Assembly (NCBI GenBank): GCA_015680685.1
Contig: MNCI01001300.1
Span: 228,059-292,058, forward strand
Direction of reading: 5' to 3'
Length of the DNA: 64,000 bases
DNA from: Gnetum montanum
Lineage: Eukaryota > Plantae > Gnetophyta
The notes under the pieces were generated by a model. It saw nothing but the letters and a program-made list of their open reading frames with translations, was not told the origin of the DNA and searched no databases. Positions within the stretch are counted from its first letter, which is position 1, and each line of letters opens with the position of its first letter. Below are positions 11,271 through 22,899 of this stretch, one piece after another. The position numbers were made by a program, and so were the translations under genes.

Positions 11271-14104
11271 TATTGGCACATTTAGCCATTTCATGGAACA
11301 ACAAAGGTGATAAAATACGAATGAGACATAGAAGATATTCAAATAAAAAAATATATGATGGTTGTATCCTATTGATATTTTAATACCAGAGGTTTCATGT
11401 GGAAATTTGTTGAGTGAAGATATAGTGTTTCCATTTTCAAATGATGATACCAAGGAAAGGAAAATTTATCATGCCCCTGTGTGATAGGAAGATTGAAAAA
11501 AGAATTGAAAAGCTTTATCGATTAAGAAGAGCCGAGCCCACCCCGTTCATGAATGCATCAATAAGAAATTAAAATCCCTGTTAACCATTGTTAAGTTCAC
11601 ATTTTATATTTGGCCCTGCCTTACAAAAATCTAGAAAGTTTGATTTCCAAAAAGCTTCAGTTTCCAGAAAGCTTCAGTTTCCAAAACAGTCAGGGCGGCA
11701 ATAGAAGTGTTCTCCTCAATCTGCGAATATCGGGCACAACCAGATTATCGTCAGAATCGTTCTTGAGATGGCTTTGGGTGGCATCGATGGCCTTGGTGGT
11801 AGCATAAACCTCCTAGTCAGAATCATATCCAGCATTCAAGGCATCCATTTCTTCCTGATTCCCACCGTGAACGCATCTAGCGGATCCACTTCTTTGTCGC
11901 CGTCGTCACTGTCAATATTGATGTTGCTGAAACCCCCGGTGTACTCGATGTTGTCCAGGACGTGACCTTCAAAGTGGTCATTGGGGGGCTCTAGTCAGTG
12001 ACAGTATGTACAGACACCCCTACAATTTCGCAGATTCAAACCCCAGAATGGTAGAATTGCCCAGGAGACTTGGCCTGTTTATGCCGAAACCCTCGAATCC
12101 GAACCTGCGCTTTGAAATTCTGATCCTTACTATTTCACGATGAATCTGCAAAAATGACTGCCTCTATCTTGCATGAAGGTCTACCCATGGTCACACTACA
12201 AAAAAAATCCATTGGCTGAGAACAAAGGCTACAAAGAAAATAGCTCTAGCGACAGGCGCGTTTCCAGCTCACCGCCGTAACTTCCAATAATTTGTTGCAG
12301 GTTGCTACCTCGCCAAACAGGGCTTTTCCCAAAGAACACATTTCAAATTTTTAGGCAGTATGTCATTCACTCCTCCTGGAACCTGCCATCCAAAACAGCA
12401 TCCATGCCCGATGCCGATGCATTCGATATCGCATACGAGTCTACTGAATGTGGCAACAAAGACACAAAGGCACACTAAGACAGGTGTCAAGAGATATTTT
12501 GGGCTGATGCCGGTAAACCAGAGTTGCAGTTCATCAAGAATAAAATTTTAAATGGTCACAATATCACATACACTAATAGTGTGAAGCCTTGGTTATAAAC
12601 TTACTTTTTAATTTAATTATCCCAAGGTTTCAAAACATTATTTTTCAAACATTATTATATAAGTTACTACCTATAAAAATATTTGTAATATTAATAGTAA
12701 AATATTTGTAATATTATATTAAATATTTGTAGTATTTATTAATGATAGCATAAATTCCTCCTAACTTTATGTATAACTTCCTAACTACATAACTTCCTCC
12801 TAACTAGATGGGTAAGTTGTAACCTCCTTACTTGGGAGAAAAGTTAGCTAGGATATTTTGGAATGTAACTACCATGTGAACCTTATAAAAGGACTTTTGG
12901 GAAGGGGNTGGCTACTAGCTAGCACTTGGGCTATCACTTGAAGACACACTTTGGGTCTTGAGAAGAGCATTTGTAGAGAAGAAATTGTGAACGATTGCTT
13001 GTAAGATGGCTTGCTAAGAAAGGATTTCAGCCTCTTTGTCATAGTCCTGTGAGTTGTCTTTTAATTTTTATTTTTTTAAAATTGTTTAGCTAGTGGTTTA
13101 GATAGTATCATCCTTGGCAAGTAATTTTGGGATTTTTAGATTGCTCTTATTGTTCTTGTTGCTTGATAGGAATTTTTGTTAAAATCTTGCCATAGAAGCA
13201 CTTGTGTTTAAAAGCCTTAAGAGCATTTTAGTAGTAAATTCTATTATTGTGCAACATATAGGAACTGCTATTGAGATCATTGTAAGAGAGCCTCTGTTTG
13301 TAGTCATGCTGTTGAACGATTCAATAGTCAAGAGGGTTCAGAAAATATTTGGTATTTTGATGGACCAGAATAGCTTCTTTTTATATTTAAAGTGATTCTC
13401 CGTGGTATTTCAATCAAAAATTGTCAAGTCTTTTGAAGGTTCTGATGAATGCAATTGTTGATGTCCATTATCTAGCCAAAATAGAGTCTCGTATGTGGTA
13501 TTTTACGTAGTAATTTTTGGTGGCATAGTAGGATTGTCTTGAAGAAATTATTTGTTTGAGCCTTGGAAGTTTGAATAATTCGTAGATATTGAATTTGGGA
13601 TAGCTTTATTGCGAAGTGTTTACTTGTGTCATTTTACCTTGTTTAAATATTTGAGGTCTACACAAATCTACTTTCTTTTCTGTCTATTTCCATCGAATCT
13701 TGCTCTATTTCTAGTTTTCTTGTGGAACTATCTCTTTCTCTGGGGAAAATTAAGAGTAGATTTGCGGAGTTGTGCTCAAATGTTTTTACAAAATTTTATT
13801 TGTTACAAGTAGGTATTATAAGGACCGCGTAGACTAGGCAGTTGAACAAAATAGGAACTCTTAACAACTCACAGTACTTAGCAAAGTTGACTGAATCTCT
13901 TTAAAGTAAGTCATTTGTAGTTTACACACAATGCAATCGTTACATTTCACACAACCACACACCGCAACAGCATACACACATACTCACATTAACTACTGAG
14001 TTTATTTGGAGGTATCTGGGCCTTGGTGTTACCAGAGACCAACAGGCACCTAAATCCTATTCGAGAATACTCGTTGGCGGTCGTGTCCCAAACGGTCGCC
14101 AAGA
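11271..14104 (+). mobile_element. ~2.83-kb solo-LTR-like insertion in the 5' LTR of element 2
   Basis: Exact TSD CTTTC (11266-11270, 14105-14109); empty site ATGCTTTCCTAGATAA visible in the 3' LTR near 19505-19520; termini TATTGGC..GCCAAGA resemble a decayed TGTTGGC..GCCAACA; TATA-like CTTATAAAAGG at ~12882. Confidence 0.85.
11688..12118 (-). pseudogene. RH24: Captured N-terminal fragment of DEAD-box RNA helicase RH24 (DDX42-like)
   Basis: Minus-strand blocks in order: ISKRRFGFEGFGINR; LDNIEY..EVDPLDAFTVGI; EEMDALNAGYDSD*EVYATTKAIDA..DSDDNLVVPD; EENTSIAALT. They match the Arabidopsis RH24 N-terminus as I recall it (MSNRKFGMEGFGINR..LDNIDY..EIDPLDAFMEGI..DALNAGYNSDEEVYAAAKAVDA..DSDDNPIVVD); stop, frameshifts and internal deletions present. 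Confidence 0.82.
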
Positions 14105-14585
14105 CTTTCCTAGATAATTAATCTTGCTTCACCCTTATCTCCTAGTAACGTGGAATGAGTACATCCTAATCACGAGCATTTAAGTGTGACTACTTGGTAA
14201 CCCAGTAGCGTACTTAAGCCATGCACTTGGTAATCCCAATGGTAGTCATGCACAAAGTTCCAGATGTGTACGGATGATTAAAGAATGGATGCTCATCGCA
14301 CTTAGGCTAGTTTAGATTCTCTCTCACCCTTTCTCTTAGCTTAGTCGATATTACTTTCCATTGTCCTCAGGAGTAGCATTAGCATAGAAACACATCATAC
14401 ACCTCACTTTGGACTAAACCATACATGAAAAAGCTAATACTAGTCCAAGTGGAAAGACTTTGAACTGTGACCTAAGGATAACTGTCTAGATACCACAACT
14501 AGCTCGTCTGCAAAGTTTGACCGGATCGCACGTGAAATGCTTGTATTCATTTGGTTGAGTGTAGGGGTCCCTCGCCACTCATCAT

Positions 14586-14603
14586 TGGCACCGTTGCTGG
14601 GGA
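14586..14603 (+). promoter_or_regulatory. Primer binding site, tRNA-Asp type
   Basis: TGGCACCGTTGCTGGGGA 1 nt after LTR end CTCATCA (14584). Confidence 0.88.
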
Positions 14604-14730
14604 CGGCACTAGTTATCTAGATTAGTTATATCATACAAGGTCGTTGTATAGGAATTAATGATATATCTCTTAAGAAGAAGAAATAATTACAAAAGAAGTC
14701 ACATACGAATTCACACACAGTTTCACAATC

Positions 14731-16921
14731 ATGCCTCTCCTACAAGACTATGATAATGCCACATCTAGTGAGGCAACTCAGTGGAGAACCAATGAATTAG
14801 CTGAAAATGAAGATTGGAGTACTCAACCTTATGTAGGAGTCCCCTATGTTTATGAACACCCCAACAATACTCAAAGACCCTTATCATTCAACTCTGACAC
14901 CTCTAGTAAGGATGAGACATCCCATAGAACAAGGAGGCTCGAAAGGCCTAGGACCTTCTCAATCTAACAAGAACTTACTTGGGGATGATTGGAAGACTTA
15001 CAAAAGTCATAACGAGTTTTAGAGTTCCTTCTCTTCCTCTACTCCTTCAATGTCAGATTGTGACACAGACGACTATCTTTCAAGGGATCGACATAGAACT
15101 AAAAATCGAGCTCACAAAGATAATCAAGAACGCCAACATAAATAAAGGCAACATCATCCCAACACATGAAAGCATAACTTACCTAATGACGATGAACCCC
15201 TGCTGGCCACTAAGAGCCTAACACCTATGCAAGAGGCTATTTTAATATCCTATAGGCATAGCAAAGAAATTTTCCTACCTAGGCTTGATTTAAACAACTT
15301 TCCCAAGTTTTTAGGAGGTTATGATTCAAATCCGCAACATCATTTACAAGGCTTCTATGATGCCTGCACATGGAACAACATTGATAATGGTTGGAAAAAT
15401 CTCAAGATCTTTCCTATGACACTCATTGGCCAAGAAAAAGTATGGTATAGATCGTTAAAACCAAATTCAATACAACATTGGCCAACAATGGTAAAACTAT
15501 TTAGTGAAAGATATCAAACCTATGCAAGAGTGTCAGCCTTGAGGAAACAAATCCAAGAGTTGAAACAAGCACAACATGAACCCTTGGATGTGGCCTTAGA
15601 AAGATATTATGCACTACTAAACAACTGTCTAGGCCATGAGTTCTCCGAGGAAAGGCTATTATACCATATCATTGATGAGCTCTGTAATGAAACAAGGGAG
15701 ACCCTAGGGATGTATGCCCAAGGTCAACTATATGAGCTACGAATCCATCGACTCCAAGAGCTTATTAAGCAAGTGGCAAAAGAAGAAGAATAACTAGCCA
15801 ATTGGGAGAATGTTGAAAGTTCTCAACAGGACAAAAATCTCAACTTAACAAGGGTCCATGATCATGAAGAGGAGAAATCCACTTACTTCAAGGAGGTGGA
15901 ATCATCTTTGCCAATCCTACAATCACTAGATGAAATTGAGGCAAAGATCAATATGATGACGGACTGGGTACATAAAATATGTGGAGAATATGCCAACATT
16001 ATTAGAGGAATATTTATGCCAAATCGAGAAATAGGACGATACACCACACAACAATCGAAACAAAGGGTAGAAGATAATAAGAATAAGAACTCAATCGCCA
16101 ATTTCACATATCAATGTAATGTCTATCTGTATGATCACCCTAAAGGCCAATGTCTAGTTTTGTCACATTTACATTAGCATTGGGAAGGAATGTTACATCT
16201 AGATTTCATACAGAAATATTAGGTTCAACCATAGTGGCAAAAACCTCAGTCATGGGAGAGGCCACCGCCAACTAGACCATACCCTCCATATGTCCTAATG
16301 CCAAATGCTTATTATTATGTTCAACACCCTGTTTCTCCAACAAGATTAGCATCCTCTACCTCACCTCATCGTTATCATTCTCCCGAGTACTATCCACCGA
16401 TGTCCTCTCCAACAAGATCACCACCTCATATGCTTTACACTTATTGCACTTATCATCAACCTCAATATTCTCATACTTCACCTCCTCCTACATCACTGCC
16501 AGCTATGCTAGGAAATTTTGCACCACAGAACCAACCCACAAACGTTACTTGTGCTGCTACTCCCAATAGTAGTGGAGGTCCTTCACAACATCAAAAGTTT
16601 CTCTTCTTTAGACATGACCATCGAATGGGACACCATAGTCTAGAAACCACTACATCTGCCAACTCATCACAAACCGAACACTGTGGTGCATCTTCCTCTT
16701 CAAACCCAACATCTCATGTTACCTCATCAAGGCCACCACTTAACACTTCAACAACCATACGGCCCAATGAATATAGCCATGGAGGGAGACATCCTAATCC
16801 TTGCACATCATCTAACGGTCCCAATTATCATTGTGGGTCAACTCATTATCCAGAAACTACATCTTATAAATTGCCCCACTATGGTTACTATAATCAAGTG
16901 TGTGAACCCCAATGGGGTTAG
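14731..16921 (+). pseudogene. gag: Athila gag, disrupted, with P/S/H/Y-rich C-terminal extension
   Basis: ORF pieces 14731-14967, 15227-15793 (FPKFLGGYDSNPQHHLQGF..WYRSL), 15896-16177 (QCNVYLYDHPKGQC), 16298-16921. Confidence 0.88.
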
Positions 16922-18625
16922 TATGACCGGGTCCCAATATTTCCAACATGCAAGGATCCTAACCATCCATTTATTAATTCTAGTCATGCTCAACCATTTT
17001 GCTATGGGGGGTATCCTCCATTCTAACAACACAGAATTAATAAATATTTTTCTAATTTAATTTTTCAACTTTTTGTTTTCCAATTTTTCACCTTTTAATT
17101 TATTGTTTTATCTTTTTGTCTTTTAAGTTTTTGTTTTGCAACATCATTATACTCTTTCATTTCTTTGTGTGTTGTTTATTTTGTTAGATTCGTCACTTAA
17201 TAAGTGCTCCTGATGGTGGTATGAACTGTATTCTATTGATTGCTAATGTTTGGTTTTTACCTTTGAGTTATAATGTTGATACTAAGGTGTGGTTCTTTTG
17301 ATATAATAGGCAATGAGTCCACATCATCCATGCATTCATAAATTTCTATGGTCTCTCTTGGCTTGGAAATGTACAGTCCCTTCCTTAATAATAAGAGCTA
17401 TCAACGAATTGGTGACTGGGCATTTCTCAAACTACGGAAGGACTCAAGGATTGAAAAGGGTGTGACTTCAAGGGGATTTGATGCATTTGTGCTAGCCATT
17501 CTCTTGGATGCTTGAATTTTTTCTTCTTGATTTTTCCTTACCATTCCAACGTTGCTCCATTATCGAGAAGCTGAGCTAATAAAAATAATAAATTTTTGCA
17601 TGGTGTGGTTCTCACGCAAAACACAAAAAAAGAAAAAAAAGAAAAAAAAGAAAAAAAGAAAAAAAAATAGTGAGAATTCAAAGCACACCCCTTCGACGAA
17701 ATAATCATTTGGGCTACAAGCACTGGTTATGAAACTAAATAAAAATGTTCCCTCTAACTAAGGCCCTTCCTTGCTTCCTACTTTCTCCTTTATTGTTTTG
17801 TCAGAATGGTGGTGACTCTTTGGTGGAAGCATTCTAGTTACTTCAAGTGGATGGCTTGGCCGAATGTATTAATGCAAAGTCACTGGATGTGGATTGTTTG
17901 AGGCTGGATTTGGAATGAGATCTACTAACTCACATTAATCATTAATACACAAGGGACTGTACACCACCTTGTTCTTGGAAATCCATTCCATTCTCTTCTC
18001 CTCATCATTCTTTCTTCATTTTTCCACCTCATTGCCGGTTGTATCAATAGTCCATATTTTGGTTGATGTATTGTTTTCTTTTTGGTAAACTCTTGCGGTT
18101 AAGACTTTAACTCTTATCTCCAAATGACATTCCTAAAGCCTACGAACTCTTTGAATGTGGGATTGTCAAGGCATTAAGGGCATGAGCTTACTTTGGGGAG
18201 GACCCACTGGCATTCCTATTTGGTGCATCCGTTAATTTCTTTCCCTTAAACATTTCCACAATCACCATTTATTTTGTTCATCTCCATCTTTGACATCCAT
18301 TTTATTGGTGTTGCCGTTGTTTCTTTTTCTCCATTTTTCTTATTCCTTATCTTTTTTCATTCTCTTGCTACCGGAGGTTCACTCTCAGTCATGGGGATTC
18401 TAGTCCAATTTTTTTGATTTTCTCCTAACCCTTACACCTTGGGTAGCCACCAGTATTATATCTCTAGATCTGCGTTAGCCATATTACAACTCAGCCAATG
18501 GACCTTACACTGAGGCAAGGTATTAACTGCATTGTGATTCATTTACCCTTGCTAATATTAGACTGTGTTGTGTGTGTAGATGGCAATCATATAATAATGG
18601 ATTGGATCTAGAGGAAACACTTGGA

Positions 18626-18969
18626 ATGGATTGGTGCTGAAGTAGTTATACAAGGAACAAGATTGATGGTGCGCTTATGGATGACCAACGAAAGGTGCAA
18701 TTTTGGCATCAGAAGCAACAAACTTCTTCTTTTCTCTCTCTCTCTCTCTCTCTTCTCTCTTAGCTGCTAAATAAGGCCTAATGTCAAATGTGTATAGTAT
18801 GGATTAGTGCTGAAGTAGTTATACAAGGAACAAGATTGATGGTGCGCTTATGGATGACCAACGGAAGGTGCAATTTTGGCATCAGAAGCAACAGACTTCT
18901 TCTTTTTTCTCTCTCTTTCTCTCTTCTCTCTCAGCTACCAAATAAGGCCTGATGTCAAATGTGTATAGT
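18626..18969 (+). repeat. ~172-bp direct tandem duplication containing a (CT)n tract
   Basis: atggattggtgctgaagtag...tgtgtatagt at 18626-18798 and 18799-18969. Confidence 0.92.
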
Positions 18970-20172
18970 ATTCACTCTTGTGGTCATGAACACTAATATT
19001 GTCATGTATTGTAATGATGATCCGTTCACATGTCATACCATTCACTATTAGTGTGATTCTAGTCAATAATCCCATACCTATCCATTGTGTAATCAATGGA
19101 GCTTGTTCTCTCTATAACTCGAGGATGAGTTTTCATTCAGTCATGGGGGTATGATGAGTCATAAATTGCTAGCTATGATATCACAACAGCTGCGATATCA
19201 CGTCCACCCCCATGATATCGTGTACTTGATATCACGGCCCACCACAAGTTCTATAAATAAGAGGCAGCTTTTCCTTGTTTCTCCATTTAGACTTAGACCC
19301 TTAGCCAAACTATAGTAGTTTTACCTTTCCAAAGTTAGAGTAATTTCCATGTGCCTGTAGTAGGAGTCTTAAAGTGAATGGATCTCTACTCGAGCAAATT
19401 GTATCTAAGCACATATTTGTGTACGGTAATAAAGATGAACTTTTTGATAAACCTTGAAGCATATGTACTAAGTTAAATAGGAATAAATTACTGTCAATGT
19501 TTAAATGCTTTCCTAGATAATTAATCTCTCTTCATCCTTATCTCCTAGTAACGCGGAATCAGTACGACTTAATCATGAGCATTTAAGTGTGACTACTTGG
19601 TAACCCAGTAGCATACTTAAGCCATGCACTTGGTAATCCTAGTGGTAGTTGTGCACAAAGTTCAAGATGTGTAGGATGATTAAAGAATGGATGCTCATCG
19701 CACTTAGGCTAGTTTAGATTCTCTCTCACCCTTTCTCTTGTAGCTTAGTTGATATTACTTTCCATTGTTCTCAGGAGTAGCATTAGCATAGAAACACATC
19801 ATACACCTCATTTTGGACTAAACCATATGTGACAAAGATAATACTAGTCCAGGTGGGAACACAACGAACTGTGACCTAAGAATAACTGTCTAGATACCAC
19901 AACTAGCCCATCTACGGAGTTCGACTGGATCACGCGTGAAACACTCGTATTCGTATGGTTGAGTGTAGGGGTACCTCGCCACTCATCAATATGAATGTTG
20001 AAAAGTGATGTAAATTCCATAGAATTGAAACCTTTCTTTCTACTAATAAATAATTATATTCACTTATTTCTTAAAATTTTCAATTGAAAGGTTGTACACT
20101 TTATTACATAGTCCTAAAATTAGAATGTTTTTTATTTTTCCATATTTTTTGAATGATGTCTAGTTAGTGTTA

Positions 20173-20345
20173 GTAGGAAGCATTATTTGAAGTGATGGTA
20201 AGGTGCTCATTTCTCAAGTCAAAGACCTAGTTTTGAGCTTAGGCGTAGCCACTCAAAGAGGTTAAGCTTTTGCTTATCTACCCATCCTCCTAAGATCCTA
20301 CTTAGAAGGATGAGCATCATGGCTTTGGGTGATAATTTTGTTTTC
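20173..20345 (+). mobile_element. Degenerate tRNA-derived SINE, Au-like
   Basis: A-box-like gaagtgatggtaaggtgct, decayed B box, then agccactc..aagct..cctcctaagatcctac..gagc..gggt and a T-rich tail, collinear with the Au SINE consensus as recalled; heavily mutated. Confidence 0.4.
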
Positions 20346-22899
20346 TACTTAGTGTCAACATTGTGATGTACTCTAATTTTTTTCTCATTATTAATATTTT
20401 TTTTGGGGTTTGACACCTTCTTCCTTTACTTGGAACAAATTTGATATCATTATAATTTCCAATCTATGTGTGCATGATAGATGGATTACATGAAAAGAGG
20501 CTTCTAGCCTCTATAGTTTGAATAGAAAGAGAATTTTTTTTGAAAATTAATTTATGATTTTGAAAATTTATTTAAAGTTGATAATATTTTGCATCAATCT
20601 TTTATAGATATTTTTTGAAAGGATGACAAATTTGTTTTTCCTTTTAATTCCAAAGTTGCTTACTAGATTATGACCAAGAATGATTTTATTCATAAAAAAT
20701 TCAATAAGGTTTAAAAAATGCACTTGTCACTCCACTTTTGAATGAGAAAAATGAAAGATACTTAGAGAGTTCTTACCTTTCCAAAAATTCATAATTTTTT
20801 AATAGTGTCTTATTCATCAAATTCTTTCTATCAATAGTTATTCTCAACATATGGGAATTATTCCTTTTTAATGTCTTCCTTGTGAAAATGAAAACTCATT
20901 TTCTCATGTTTTTCTCATATAATGCTATACATCATGTTTGGAAATGGACATCTAGAATTTGTAACAACATTCAACCAAGCATTATGATATCATTCTTGAT
21001 GATAAACTTGTTTTGTCTACATTTTTTTTGTATTTGGAAGTATCTTTAGCTAGTTCTCTATTCTATTTAAAAGCCTCAATGTGTAGTTAAGTTCTAGTAG
21101 CAATAACATAACTATGATATTCCTTTAAGAGTTAAATATCATATTCTTAAAGATGTCACTTTTTAGGGACAAATTTAAAGAAAAAAATTTCTAGTAAAAG
21201 CTAAATAATTAATTTATTTTCTATAGTATTAATTTTTAAGGCTTAAGGATTGAAAGGTTTAAACTTTTGTTTCTTTTTGTTCATTTTTATTGAGTTTTGT
21301 TTTGTATTTAGTAAGAGCTTTTTCTTTCTTTTTATAAGAAAATTTTGAGTAAAAACTGAAAGCCCATGAGGTGCTTCTAAATGAGGACAAGGCTTAATCC
21401 TTTTCCTACCCAAAAGGGAAGCTTTTTTAAGGATTAGTTACAAGGATGAAAACCTTAAAAGTTATTCCAAAAACTATTGGGCTTTTTCTTTATAGTTTCT
21501 CTTTGTTGATTTAAAGTATTTTGAATTTATAAAACATTATTATTCTATTTTTGATGGTGCAACATCCCTTCCTCCTTCCTCCATCCTTCTCTTGATAAGG
21601 GATCATGTTGATTTTTGACCAATGGGATATATTAAACAAATTGTAGTGCGATTTGATCATAAGCTTTGATGACAATGTTGAGTGGATTGTCAAGAACACT
21701 CATGTACATCATTGCATTCAATAAATAGAAATGGTATTATAATATATATGATTCAAATAAAAACCTATGTTTCCACAGTGTAAGGTTGTATAGAATATGA
21801 TTTTGTGTTTTATAATTTTTATGGATTTTATGATTAAAAAGAACAAAATAAAAGCAAACACATATGCATTGCAATCCCACTTGGGAATAGGAGCAATGCT
21901 CACACATACACATACACACATGTGTCATAATCCCTCAAGGGAGAGGTGCAACAATATACAAAAAATGTAATGAAATAGCCCTTCATCATAACCTTGATGG
22001 TGCAACACCATGTCATATAGTTGTAACCTCCTTGGGTAAGGTTAAATTTTCATAGGTTATGAAAATGAGAAAATAAATATTTTTGTGGTTTAATGTTTTA
22101 TAATGTTTTTTGTGTTTTAATGTTTAAGACCTTAATGGTGCAAAATTGATGAAAAATCATAAGCTTTATTCATTGTGCAAACATTGGACTTCACATCGAC
22201 CAAATGGTTCTAGGCTACGTAAGCAAGGTAGTACTTTGATATATGGAACTCATCCAAAGTATTTATAGCTTTTAAAACATAATAGTAGAGGTTTGTTAGT
22301 GCCCAAGCATCAATGGAGGTCTATACATATAGCCTAAATAATCTAGAACATACATAGGATGATAGGAAAGGTAAAGTTGCCAAACCAAGGCATTAAGAGG
22401 GGTGTGTCAGTGCCCCTACATTGGCATAGGAAAGTTAGTGTACCCTTGCCACCATACTTTACCCTTATTTTCCTAGATGAAAGCTAGGAGGCATAGGAAT
22501 AAGTTGTAACCTTTCGAGGATCTCTAAACAAAGTCAAAAACTTTTTGAAAAGCTCGAAATATGCTTCAAATCCATGAGTGAGAACTGGAAAGCAAGGATG
22601 CATACTTGGAAGGTAGAAAACTTAACCATGCATGTGAAAACCATAGACATTTGATGCATGAGACACATCTTGAATCCAAAGCTTATAATTAACTTACAAA
22701 ATGTCATCAGATGACTTATCATACCCCATGGTTGAGTAAAACAAAGCTAGTCTCATAGTTTTAAAGTTCAAAATACAAGGCTAAAACTAGACACATTACA
22801 TGATTAATGCAAAGGATATAATAAAAAATTAAATAGACCATGACTATGTCACAATAAAGTATAATTTAGCTCATCAAGAAGTGCTAGGTGGTGGTGGCT

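Larger units (their letters stand above)
10929..19988 (+). mobile_element. Athila-type element 2, two LTRs, gag only (non-autonomous)
   Basis: 5' LTR 10929-14584 (interrupted 11271-14104) and 3' LTR 19152-19988 align; both TGATGAG..CTCATCA; flanks GTATG/ATATG fit a TSD with one mismatch; PBS 14586; purine run CATGGGGGTA before 3' LTR. Confidence 0.92.

Noticed and set aside
12380-12445. Second captured fragment, ADF-like (SNASASGMDAV on minus)
   Set aside because: Too short, needs indels, and no further ADF sequence follows; a BLASTX would be needed
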